Shown piece by piece: positions 11,005 to 21,212 of a stretch of DNA of 64,000 nt; position 1 is the stretch's first letter, and every line of letters begins with the position of its first letter. Below the pieces are notes generated by a model, which did not search any database, was not told the origin of the DNA, and worked only from the letters and a program-made list of their open reading frames with translations. Made by a program: the position numbers and the translations under genes. Source of the DNA: an uncultured Phycisphaerales bacterium (GTDB lineage: Bacteria; Planctomycetota; Phycisphaerae; Tepidisphaerales; Tepidisphaeraceae); the NCBI GenBank assembly GCA_963758525.1, contig CAVWVQ010000003.1, positions 4,096,001 to 4,160,000 of the forward strand, in the 5' to 3' direction.

Positions 11005-12103
11005 ACATCGCTTTCTTTGGATCGAGCCTCGTTTCCGCCTATTGGAACGGCGCCGCCACGTACTATCGCGGCGTCTGCAGGGCACTGCACGCGCGCGGCC
11101 ACACCGTGACGTTCTACGAATCCGATGCCTACGACCGCCAGTCGCACCGCGACATTGACGATCCGGATTACGCAACAGTCGTCGTCTATTCCGCGACCAG
11201 CACCGACGCTGTTTCGCATTGCCTGGAAGCCGCGCGCCATGCCGACCTGCTGATCAAGGCCAGTGGGAACGGCGTCTTCGACGCCATGTTAGAGGCTGCG
11301 ATTCTCGAGCAGCGAACGCGGTGCAACTTGATCGCATTCTGGGATGTCGACGCGCCGGCCACGCTTGATCGTGTGCAGTCCAATCCGCGTGACCCATTCG
11401 CGGCGCTGATCCCGCGTTACGACATGATCTTCACGTACGGCGGCGGCGAGCCTGTCGTCAACACGTACACCTCGCTCGGCGCCCGGCAATGCGTTCCGAT
11501 CTACAACGGCCTGGATCCATCGACCCACTTCCCCGCGCCTGCATCGGCGCGTTTTCGATGCGATCTCGCTTTTCTGGGAAATCGTCTTCCCGACCGGGAA
11601 GCGCGCGTGGAAGAATTCTTTCTGAAGCCCGCCGCGCGCTTGCCCGAAAAGTCGTTTCTCATCGGCGGCAACGGCTGGAGCGATAAATGCATGCCTGGCA
11701 ATGTGCATGATCTCGGCCACGTCTACACCGCCGATCACAATACCCTGAACTGTACGCCGGCGCAGTCCTGAACATCAACCGCCAGAGCATGGCGAGATAT
11801 GGGTTTTCGCCCGCGACGCGCGTCTTCGAAGCCGCTGGCGCAGGCGCTTGTCTTATCACCGATGCGTTCGAGGGCGTGGAAACATTCTTCACGCCCGGCG
11901 AAGAAATCCTGGTGGCGAGCGATGGCGAGGAAGTCGCCGATGTGCTGGCTGCGCTTGCTCCGGAGCGGGCGCGACGGATCGGGCAGGCAGCGCTGCATCG
12001 TGCGCTGAGCCAGCACACTTATGACCGGCGCGTCACATTACTGGAGCGCGCCTGCGGCCTCGCACCGGGCGCGCGCCGTTGTTCCAAGGCTTTGGCGAGT
12101 TGA
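10989..12103 (+). CDS. CgeB-family glycosyltransferase (frameshift near 11760, probably a sequencing error)
   Basis: SAYWNGAATYYRG in ORF 10989-11771 continues as MARYGFSPATRVFEAAGAG...HTYDRR in ORF 11789-12103. Confidence 0.82.
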
Positions 12104-12105
12104 AC

Positions 12106-13234
12106 ATGTCACTGCTTTCACAACCCGCTACTCTTCCCTCTGCGCCGCCCCGCGAGCCGCTTGACATCATCATTATCGGTTTAACCATCACCTCCTCCTG
12201 GGGCAACGGCCATGCGACGACCTACCGCGGGCTGGTGCGCGAACTGACACGCCGCGGGCACGACGTTCTTTTCCTCGAGCACGATAAGCCGTGGTATGCC
12301 GCCAACCGTGATCTCCCCGAGCCGCCGTATGGCACAACTCGGCTTTACCAAAGTGTGGACGAGCTGATCGATCGCTACTCCGAGCGAATACGCTGGGCGG
12401 ATCTGGTGATCGTCGGTTCCTACGTCCCCGACGGTGTCGCCGTCGGCCGGTGTGTCACGGATACAGCCCGGGGCATCACGGCGTTCTATGACATCGATAC
12501 GCCGGTGACACTGGCGAAGCTTGCACGCGGCGATTTGGAGTATCTCGCGCCAGATCTCATTCCGCGCTACGGCCTTTACCTTTCATTCACCGGCGGCCCA
12601 ACACTCCATCGACTCGAGAATGAGTTCGTGCGCCAAGCGCGCTGTGCCTCTGTATTGTTCGGTCGACCCGGAGCTTTATGCGATCGAGCCTCGGCCGCAC
12701 CGGTGGGACCTGGGTTATCTCGGCACCCACAGCGTCGATCGCCAGCCATCCCTGGATCGGCTTTTGTCGCACGCGGCTGAGCGTTGGCCATGCGGTCGTT
12801 TTGTCGTCGCGGGGCCGCAGTACCCGCAAACAATCCGTTGGCCGGACAATGTAGACCGCATCGAGCATCTGCCTCCCGGCGAGCACCGTCAATTCTATAA
12901 CCAACAGCGATTTACACTGAACATCACCCGGCAGCACATGATTCAAGCCGGCTACTCGCCCAGTGTCCGGCTCTTCGAAGCAGCGGCGTGTGGCGTGGCG
13001 ATCATCACCGACGACTGGCCCGGTCTCGATCGTTTCTTTGAACCTGGAAAAGATCTTCTCATCGCGCGCGACGCAGACGATACGCTCGGTTATCTGCGGA
13101 ACATGACTGAGCCCGATCGTTTGCGCATTGCAGCCAACGCCCGGGAACGTGTCTTAAGCGCGCATACCGCGGCACACCGCGCGGCTGAACTTGAGCGGTA
13201 TGCGCTGGAAGCGCTGGGCCGCATCACTAGGTAA
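12106..13234 (+). CDS. CgeB-family glycosyltransferase (frameshift near 12625)
   Basis: SSWGNGHATTYRG in ORF 12079-12780; SPSVRLFEAAACG...HTAAHRA in ORF 12521-13234. Confidence 0.82.
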
Positions 13235-13245
13235 GTCGAGTTCCC

Positions 13246-14067
13246 ATGACACGCGCACAACCGACCACTTCCGAATCCGATCCCGCTCGACAAGAGCTGG
13301 ATATCCAGTCGCTGGGGCCGTGGTTCCACAACCTGCATTTGCCTACCGGCGTGCAGACGTGCCCGCAGCATTGGCTGGGCGATTTCCCGGCTTTTAAGTG
13401 GCGCGAAGTGTCCCCGGCGATTCCCAGGGATCTAAGCGGCTGGCAATGCCTCGACATCGGCTGCAACGCCGGCTTCTATAGTTTTGAGCTCGCCAGGCGC
13501 GGAGCGAGCGTGCTCGGCATCGATTGTGATGAGCGTTATCTGCGACAAGCGCGCTGGGCAGCACGGCAATATGGCCTCACAGATCGCACGCGCTTCGAGA
13601 AAAAGCAGGTTTACGATCTGGCGCGCGACGAGGCAAAATTTGATCTGGTCCTTTTCATGGGCGTCTTCTATCACCTGCGCTATCCGACGCTGGCACTGGA
13701 TATCGTCTGCCAGCGCACAACCCGGCTGCTTCTGTTCCAAACGCTCCAAATGCCGGGCGATTCAGTATTTGAAGCCACGTGGAATCGCGGCTTTCCCGAT
13801 CGCAGTCTTCTTCTGAATGACGGCTGGCCCAAGATGGCGTTCTTTGAGCATGGCTTTGCCGGCGATCCCACCAACATCTGGGCGCCCAATCACGCCGCGT
13901 GCGCGGCCATCCTGCGATCGGCGGGAATGCGGGTCATTTCCCAGCCGGGGCACGAATTTTACTTGTGTGAGCCTGATCCGGATCACCCGGCGTCCATCGC
14001 GACATGGAACGCCGCCGAGATCGCTTCCGCGACTGGTCAACGTGGCGACGCGTCGGGGAAGGGATAG
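13246..14067 (+). CDS. SAM-dependent methyltransferase (TIGR04290-like)
   Basis: LGPWFHNLHLP, LDIGCNAGFYS, FMGVFYHLRYP, GDPTN.WAPN. Confidence 0.85.
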   Translation: MTRAQPTTSESDPARQELDIQSLGPWFHNLHLPTGVQTCPQHWLGDFPAFKWREVSPAIPRDLSGWQCLDIGCNAGFYSFELARRGASVLGIDCDERYLRQARWAARQYGLTDRTRFEKKQVYDLARDEAKFDLVLFMGVFYHLRYPTLALDIVCQRTTRLLLFQTLQMPGDSVFEATWNRGFPDRSLLLNDGWPKMAFFEHGFAGDPTNIWAPNHAACAAILRSAGMRVISQPGHEFYLCEPDPDHPASIATWNAAEIASATGQRGDASGKG

Positions 14068-14103
14068 ATCTAACCAAAACGGCCACAGATGAGGCGGTCC
14101 AAT

Positions 14104-14478
14104 ATGGCAACGCAGAAGAAATCGCAGTCATTATCGCATACCACCACCGATCACGAGGAAATCCGCAAATGGGCCGAGGCTCGCGACGCCAAACCCTCAT
14201 GCGTCAAAGGGACGGGCGACAGCGAAGATGTCGGACTCCTCCGGCTCAACTTCCCGGGATACTCCGGCGAGGACTCGTTGCAGGAAATCTCCTGGGATGA
14301 ATTCTTCGACAAATTCGACGAGCAAGGCCTGGCGCTGGTCTACGAAGAAGAAACCTCTGAAGGGAAGAAGAGCAACTTCAACAAGCTCGTCAGCCGCGAA
14401 AACGCCGGCGACCACGGGCGCAAGGCCTCCGGTGGATCGAAGAAACAGTCAGCACAGCGCCATCGCGGCGGGCACTGA
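14104..14478 (+). CDS. Small conserved hypothetical protein
   Basis: TTTDHEEIRKWAEAR...LRLNFPGYSGEDSLQEISWDEFFDKF...SNFNKLVSR; in operon order. Confidence 0.75.
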   Translation: MATQKKSQSLSHTTTDHEEIRKWAEARDAKPSCVKGTGDSEDVGLLRLNFPGYSGEDSLQEISWDEFFDKFDEQGLALVYEEETSEGKKSNFNKLVSRENAGDHGRKASGGSKKQSAQRHRGGH

Positions 14479-14543
14479 TGGCCTGGACATTTTCCGATGG
14501 CACAAGAGCCCAAAGGTCTCCCGCCGCAATCTGGCGCCCGGGC

Positions 14544-15074
14544 ATGGCAGAGGTGGTGCATCGAAATATCCGCGCCGCTTACCAGCGCCGCGCGCAAATG
14601 GAACGGAGCAAATCGGCATCCGAAAAAGTCTCGGACGCCATCACCGACTTTGCCGGGAGCATGTGGTGTGTGTATTTCCACGCCCTCTGGTTCGGTGGGT
14701 GGATCATCATCAACGCCGGCTGGGTGCGCGGAATCAAACCCTTCGATCCGTTCCCGTTCGTCATGCTGGCGATGATTGCTTCCGTGGAAGCAATTTTTTT
14801 GTCCACATTCATTCTGATCACGCAGAACCGGATGCAGCGCTTTGCCGATCGCCGGGCCGAGCTCGATCTGCAGATCAACCTGCTTTCGGAACATGAGCTG
14901 ACGCGTGCAATCCGCCTGCTCGATGCCATCGCGCAAGCAATGAAAGTCGCCCGGCCCGCCGCTGAAGAGATTGAGGACATCACGCGCGACGTTGATCCGC
15001 TGCGCGTCGCCGATGAAATCGACAAAGCCGAGGCAGAACAATTTGGCATCGCTGCCAGCGGACAGGATTCATAA
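14544..15074 (+). CDS. DUF1003 membrane protein
   Basis: FDPFPFVML...EAIFLSTFILITQNR...DLQINLLSEHE. Confidence 0.85.
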   Translation: MAEVVHRNIRAAYQRRAQMERSKSASEKVSDAITDFAGSMWCVYFHALWFGGWIIINAGWVRGIKPFDPFPFVMLAMIASVEAIFLSTFILITQNRMQRFADRRAELDLQINLLSEHELTRAIRLLDAIAQAMKVARPAAEEIEDITRDVDPLRVADEIDKAEAEQFGIAASGQDS

Positions 15075-16101
15075 TGACGGCCTCCTCGCAAGGGAAGCTT
15101 CTCCGTTCCAGCGCCTGCCGACCGCCAGCGCCGCCATTGCGTGACAAGTTCGGCGTGTGTCAGTGGTTTCATTATGAAGACCGTGCTGGTGTGGATCAGG
15201 CGCTGGAATTGATCGCCGAACTTGGAGTGCGGCATCTCCGCACCGGCATCTCCTGGGCTGATTATCTCCGGCCCGGTGGAAAGAACTGGTACGACTGGCA
15301 GATGGATCGGCTGCGCCAGTCGGGCGTCGAGATTCTGTTATCAGTCTGGCACACCCCGCCCAGCCTCGGCGAGCAGCCCGCGTGCAATGCGCCCCGCGCC
15401 GCCTGCGCGATTATGCTGATTTCATCGACACAATCATTACCGAGTATGGGGACGCCTGGCATCATCTGGAATTATGGAATGAACCCAACAACCGTATGAA
15501 GTGGAACTTCATCGACTGCGACCCCGATTGGTATAAGTTCGCCGAAATGATCGGCTCCGCGGCATATTGGGCGAAGCAGCGGGGCCGCCACACGGTGCTC
15601 GGCGGCATGATTCCAGTCGATCCCCACTGGCTGAAATTAATGGCCCGGCGCGGCGTGCTGCAATACATTGACGTCGTCGGTATTCACGCTTTTCCCGGCA
15701 TGTGGTTTCCAGATCATCCCAATTGGGACTGGCAAGACCATTGGAACGGGTGGGACGCCAAGATTGACTGCATAGCCCAGCATGCGGAAGGAAAGCCTGT
15801 CTGGATTACCGAAACCGGCATGGCCACCTGGGACCTCGCGCTCAAACGCGAAGCCAAATATGAGCTGCAGGTCCAGGCGCTGGAGGAGGCCGCGCGTGCT
15901 CCGGCTGAGCGCGTTTACTGGTACAGCGCGATCGATCTGGACGAAACGCGCAATGCGATCGAAGGATTCCACGTGGATGAAAACGAGTATCACATGGGCT
16001 TGATGAAGCACGATGGCTTCCGCAAAGCAGCCCTGAGAAAAATGGATCAGCTTCTGGCAACATCAAACGCTTCCAACGTGGAAAGAACGCAAGATGAGTA
16101 A
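15074..16101 (+). CDS. Stand-alone GH-A-like glycoside hydrolase, paralogue of the 5588 N-terminal domain (frameshift near 15395)
   Basis: LRTGISWAD...HTPPS in the first frame; ELWNEPNN, GIHAFPG, WITETG in the second. Confidence 0.8.
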
Positions 16102-17095
16102 AGTGAAACTCGCGCTGCTGGGTTGCGGTCACATGGCTGGGCTTCATGCACCGAACATCAAAGCCAATCCGGATGTCGAGCTTGTCGCCTGCTGCGATGT
16201 GAACAAGAAGATCGTCGATCGCTGGATCGAAACATTCTGGCGGGATCGATCGCCGCGCCCACAAGCGTTCGACAATCCAGCGGAGATGTACCGCCAATGC
16301 CGCCCGGATGCGGTCATCATAGCGACCCCGCACACGGCTCACTTTGAGCACGGGATGCAGGCCTTGGCGGCCAACTGCCACGTGCTCATGGAAAAGCCGA
16401 TGGTCACTGAATCGGCTCAAGCGCATGCACTGGCCGAGAAAGTCAAAAAGTCAGGCAAGACCTTTACCATCGGCTACAACACCCCTTGCACGCCGCATTT
16501 CCTGTTCGTTCGCAACATCATTCGAAATCAAACGTTTGGCAGACTTGAGATGGTCAGCGGCTATCTCGCCCAGAACTGGCTGCGCTACACCAACGGTACC
16601 TGGCGTCAGAATCCCGAGCTTTCCGGAGGTGGACAGGCCTATGACAGCGGCGCGCATCTGATTACCAGCTTGTGCTGGTCGGTTGAATCGAATGTGGACG
16701 AGGTGTTTGCGTGGGTCGATCGAAAAAACCTGCGGGTCGATGTCAACTCGTGCGTCAACGTGCGGTTTGAGAACGGCGTCATCGCCAACCTCATGATCAA
16801 CGGCAACTGCCCGGTCGATCACGGCGCCCTCAGCTTCTTCTTCGACAACGGCAAGATTGACGTCGACGGCTGGTACTCCAAATGGATCCGCTGCTGGCAC
16901 GGCCAAACCGAAGTTCCCGCCGACCTGGGCGGCAGGGCTACCACGCCCATCGACAACTTTGTCGACGCGATATTTGGGCGCGACGAGCCTCGAACGTCAC
17001 CCGCGCATGGAATCGTGCACAGCGAACTGGTGAATGCGATGTACGAATCCGCCGCCTCTCGGCTGCCGGTGCGGCCGCGGAAAACGGCGCGATAG
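16094..17095 (+). CDS. Gfo/Idh/MocA oxidoreductase
   Basis: LGCGHMA, IATPHTAH, HVLMEKPM, SGGG..YDSGAH. Confidence 0.92.
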   Translation: MSKVKLALLGCGHMAGLHAPNIKANPDVELVACCDVNKKIVDRWIETFWRDRSPRPQAFDNPAEMYRQCRPDAVIIATPHTAHFEHGMQALAANCHVLMEKPMVTESAQAHALAEKVKKSGKTFTIGYNTPCTPHFLFVRNIIRNQTFGRLEMVSGYLAQNWLRYTNGTWRQNPELSGGGQAYDSGAHLITSLCWSVESNVDEVFAWVDRKNLRVDVNSCVNVRFENGVIANLMINGNCPVDHGALSFFFDNGKIDVDGWYSKWIRCWHGQTEVPADLGGRATTPIDNFVDAIFGRDEPRTSPAHGIVHSELVNAMYESAASRLPVRPRKTAR

Positions 17096-17139
17096 ATAGT
17101 CCCAGCGCTGCCTCGCTTCGCTCGGCCGCAACCAAAACG

Positions 17140-17298
17140 AAGAGCCGCGAAGTCGCGAAGACGCGAAGAGAGACGCGAAGGTAAGAAAATCAAAAATGCG
17201 GGATCGAAGCCCAGGGAATTGTGCCTTGGGGTTTCAGGTGCAATTGAATTGTCTTCCTTCGCGTTTGTCTTCGCGTCTTCGCGTCTTCGCGGCTCTTG
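17140..17298. repeat. Intergenic inverted repeat built from (a/t)cgcgaag units
   Basis: agagccgcgaagtcgcgaagacgcgaagagagacgcgaagg pairs with ccttcgcgtttgtcttcgcgtcttcgcgtcttcgcggctct; related copies at 54537-54660 and 58820-58862. Confidence 0.8.
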
Positions 17299-18020
17299 AT
17301 CTTTTGGCTGATCGCCTGCCCGGGAAAATTTGCGCAGCGCGCGAAGATCTCAATGGGTTGTGACACGGCCGCCGAAGCATCGCTGGACAAGCGTCGAGTC
17401 GAGGTTGCCGGAAGCTCGGCGTGGTCGGGATATCCGCTCTGGGGAGTTCCACGGACTGCACATTGAGAATGTTGCGACGAGCCGGTGGCCCGCTCCAATG
17501 ATCCACGACTTGCAGGCGACAGATTATGCCCGCTTGCGGATCGTGGCAGACAACGATGGCGCGATCGTCATGCAGAGTCACATAGAATCCATATAGGCCG
17601 TCCGCCGACGGAACGAGTTCGGGATCATTATCGAACGTGTGAATAGCCTCGCGTGGAACTGTGATAATGTGAGGCTCGTAACCAGATCGTTGGGAATTGG
17701 AATAGACTCCCGAATCCGCGACATTTTCTCCGCGACTGCATAGACCTCCTCATCGCTTGCATCAGCCGGAGGCAGCCCGCTTGCCTGACCATTGGGGGTC
17801 ATCTTGTTCAATGGCGACGTCGAGATCCAATCATCCTGCTTTAGCCGTTCGTTGTCGCCAAAATTCACGGTGATGTCCAACTGGCCGGCCGTGCCGCGCG
17901 AGGTTACTGGCGCAAATTCTCTTTCAGTCGCTCTCGCATCTTCTGACGCTCCTCATCGGTTAACAGGCTCGATTCCAAAATGCTCGCGCTCGCGTCGGTG
18001 GCGGGCCGTGCGTTGATTAC

Positions 18021-19476
18021 GTGGATCGTGCCCGCACAGGCCGTGCAATCGGCGGGCGTTTGCAGTTGCTCAAGTTGATCGAGGATGCCGAAGCCGGACT
18101 CATTGCCCGCGTCTTTGTCTATAAATTCGACCGCCTGGGCCGTGCGGCTGAGACGCACAGTATGGTCGCCGAATTGGAAGAGTGTGGTGTCGAGGTCATT
18201 TCCGCGACGGAAGGCAAGGAAGCCTTGTCTCGCGGCATTCAACTGGTGGTCGCGGAGCATTATTCAAAAACACTCGCGGAGCGCACCCAAGCCGGACTGG
18301 TGAAGCGTTTCGAAGCGCACCAGTGGACCGGTGGCAATCCAAGCTACGGCTACAGGATCATCGATGATGGTGGCAAGAAACGTCTGGCCATTGATCCTCA
18401 CGAGGCCGAAGTGGTTCGGTCCCTGTTCCATGAGTATTTGTCGGAAGCCGTCGGGGTTAAGGAACTGGCCAGTCGACTGCGTGAACGGGGCGTGTCCACT
18501 CGTAAGGGTGCCGACTGGTGCTTCACTACCATACGGGGAATCCTGACGAATCCGATGGTTGTCGGACAGGTTCGGTTCAACCGCCGCCGGATGAAGCTCA
18601 ACAAGGATACTGGGCTTCGGATTCCACGGATGAAAGACGTGACCGAGCACATGGCATATACGGACGAGTCGCTCCGCATCATTTCCGATGAAGGGTTCAA
18701 AGCCGTACAGGAAAAATTGATTGTCCGTGCCCGCCCCGGACGCGAAGCAAGGCCGTTCAATCAATTGCGGCCGTTCACCGGACAACTCTTTTGTGCCCAC
18801 TGCGGCAAGGTCTTTTACGCCCGGCGGTCGAAGAATGCCAAAGGCGAATATCGCTATTACTCCTGCGGCACCCGGCAACGTCTTGGGCCGGACGGTTGTG
18901 ATTGCGGCGTTTGTGTTCGCGAGGATTTGCTGGAAGCCGATTTGCGTCAGGCATTCGACTTCGCTTTTGAGGACACCGAATCGCTCATTGCCGGACGCGG
19001 TAAAGGAAGCGCAGAAGCAACTGGATTTCAACCGCGGCCAGGTGTCAAGAATTCAGGCCGATGTGAAGGAACTCGATCAGTCGATCGGCCGGCTGACTCG
19101 CCTACTGACCGATCCCGACATCGACTTGGTGGCCAAGCGGGCAATCTCCCGGCAATTGGGCGACTTTGAACTGAAACGCGATTCGCTCAATCAAGCGATG
19201 GCCCGCACGGCTCAATCGGCCAATGACGACTTGGACGAATTCATCCATGCCGTGCGGCAGGCAGTTGCGGAGGTCAAAGCATCCCTGACGGACGCCATCA
19301 CCCCGGCAAAGCTCAACCGATTCGTGGAAGATTGGATCGGCCCGATTCGCGTCGATGCAGACGGGTCGCTCCATCCGCTGGCCCTAGAAACGACACAAGC
19401 CCCTGACGAATCAGGGGCTTGTGTGACGAGTAACATAGCGGGGGGAGGATTCGAACCTCCGACCTCCGGGTTATGA
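18021..19476 (+). pseudogene. Large serine recombinase, 5'-truncated, with a frameshift near 18995
   Basis: KFDRLGR resolvase motif, GGNPSYGY, ILTNPMVVG, zinc ribbon C..CG...YYSC, coiled coil; no YxRxS catalytic motif upstream in frame; ends IAGGGFEPPTSGL* on the antisense of a tRNA fragment. Confidence 0.8.
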
Positions 19477-19477
19477 G
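19435..19477 (-). repeat. att site: 43-bp duplicate of the tRNA-fMet 3' half
   Basis: atagcggggggaggattcgaacctccgacctccgggttatgag is identical to 44366-44408. Confidence 0.95.
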
Positions 19478-19595
19478 GGTCTTTCACCTCTGACGCGCAA
19501 AACCATGATCTTGTTGGAAGTAACGGCAAACCCGTGGTTTCTGACCACGGCGTATCAATGCTATGTTCCCCAAGTTTATCAGGTTTTTCAACTTT

Positions 19596-19616
19596 TGGGG
19601 TACAGTTTGGGGTACA
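19596..19616 (+). promoter_or_regulatory. Putative integrase arm-type binding sites (left end)
   Basis: tggggtaca twice with a 12-bp period, ~120 bp inside att; the same pair occurs at 44280-44302. Confidence 0.65.
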
Positions 19617-20010
19617 AATTTTGGCGGTCAGAAAGGACGAAGCAATCCGGACACAACCCGCCTACAGTCCGGCGCAACGTGCGCTTGCGATGCTAGATCC
19701 CACCGGCGTGCCGGCGGGGACGAAACCTTTCCAACAGATCGCGCAGCCATATCACAAGCCTCTGAGGCACGGGAGCCCCGGCTGATCCGTCCGTGGAATG
19801 GTGGTGCGGACGCCGCGCTGAGCCGTTCGGGAATAATAGCTTCGGGCAAGCGCACCACCTACGGAGAAAAACGCCCATCACGCAGACTGCGGTGTATTTA
19901 CCGGGCGTAACGGGGCGTCCGGCTTTAGATTGCTCGCGCGGGTTCGGCGATAGCGACCTTCGCAAGAACGAGAGCGTTTAATTTGATTATTGAGAGATTC
20001 TGAAGCTCGA

Positions 20011-21204
20011 TCAGCGTGTTCCGCCTGCGGACATCCAGAGCCGGTTGGCTAGCGCGTCGTCGGGATCGATCTCGTGCGCGCGAGCGTAGAACGCGGGAGC
20101 CTCTGCCTTTCGGCCCATCCGGTCCAACACGTAGCCCTGCATGCATACACTGACGCTGTCTGTGGGATTTAGCTCGGCGGCATTGCGGAATGCCGCGAGC
20201 GATTGCGCCAGCTTATTCTGCTTCAAACTTATGTAGCCGAAGAGGCACTGGGCGTCACTATTAGCCGGCTCGAGTGAAATCGCCTTGCGTACGGCAAGGT
20301 CGGCACGCGGCAAATCATTTAGCTGCACCGCCACTTTGGCAAAACCTAGCCAGTACCCCGAGCACCCCGGGTTCAGTCGGGTCGCCGCATCGTATTGCTT
20401 GATCGCATCCGTCAGTTGCTGGCTGCGAGCCAGACAGTCCCCCAGGGCGGCCTGGATGTCCGCCCGGCTCTGATAGTTTGGCTCTTTCAATAGACGGTTA
20501 AAGGAGGCGGCCGCTTCGACGAACTGCCCGTCAGTATAAAGGGCGAACGCCAGGTGTTCGCGGATCGTGGGATCCTCACTTGAGAGGATGCTTGCTTCGC
20601 GCAGTGCGTCGATGCCTTTTGCATATTGCTTCTGCTGAATCAGCAACTGGCCGATCTCGTCACGGATGACACCACTATGCTCGAAAAAAGCGGCTTTCGA
20701 TTGCAGAAGTGCAACGGCTTCCGCGGGCTTATCGATTGCAACGAGCATTTCCGCATCGGCCAGCAGATAGGAAAGCTCGGCGGGCTCTTTTTGGACGGCG
20801 GCGGCGTAGGCCGCGCGGGCTTCCTCTGATTTGTGCCACCGTTGCAGCACGATTCCAGTGAGGTAGTCTGCCTCGGCATTCCTGGGATCAAGGCGACGAG
20901 CCGCAGCGAGGTGGGCTTCGGCGGGCTCGAGATCACCCTGCTCGATCGAGAGTTTTGCCGCGAGTATGTGCAAGGGCGCTTTATCCGGTTCCAGTCGCAA
21001 TGCCTGGTCGAGCGTTTCCTGGCATTTTTCCAGATTCCCGTTCTTGAACTGATCAGCCGCGAGGCTGGCCAAGACATTGGCGCGGGCGTCATTCCATTGT
21101 TTGTTTGCCTGGACCTTTTGGTTTGGAGTCAGTCCGCCGCCGCCCCCGCAGCCAACGATAAACAGCAGGCCGGATGCGGCGGCAGTTCTCAGAATCTTTT
21201 GCAT
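20011..21204 (-). CDS. TPR-repeat lipoprotein (pilotin-like)
   Basis: Lipobox-like LLFIVGC; multiple TPR-like repeats; directly downstream of the secretin. Confidence 0.8.
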   Translation of the reverse strand: MQKILRTAAASGLLFIVGCGGGGGLTPNQKVQANKQWNDARANVLASLAADQFKNGNLEKCQETLDQALRLEPDKAPLHILAAKLSIEQGDLEPAEAHLAAARRLDPRNAEADYLTGIVLQRWHKSEEARAAYAAAVQKEPAELSYLLADAEMLVAIDKPAEAVALLQSKAAFFEHSGVIRDEIGQLLIQQKQYAKGIDALREASILSSEDPTIREHLAFALYTDGQFVEAAASFNRLLKEPNYQSRADIQAALGDCLARSQQLTDAIKQYDAATRLNPGCSGYWLGFAKVAVQLNDLPRADLAVRKAISLEPANSDAQCLFGYISLKQNKLAQSLAAFRNAAELNPTDSVSVCMQGYVLDRMGRKAEAPAFYARAHEIDPDDALANRLWMSAGGTR

Positions 21205-21212
21205 GTGGCGCC

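Noticed and set aside
19435..19477. A second tRNA-Met gene
   Set aside because: Only the 3' half up to the anticodon loop is present, so it is an att duplicate.
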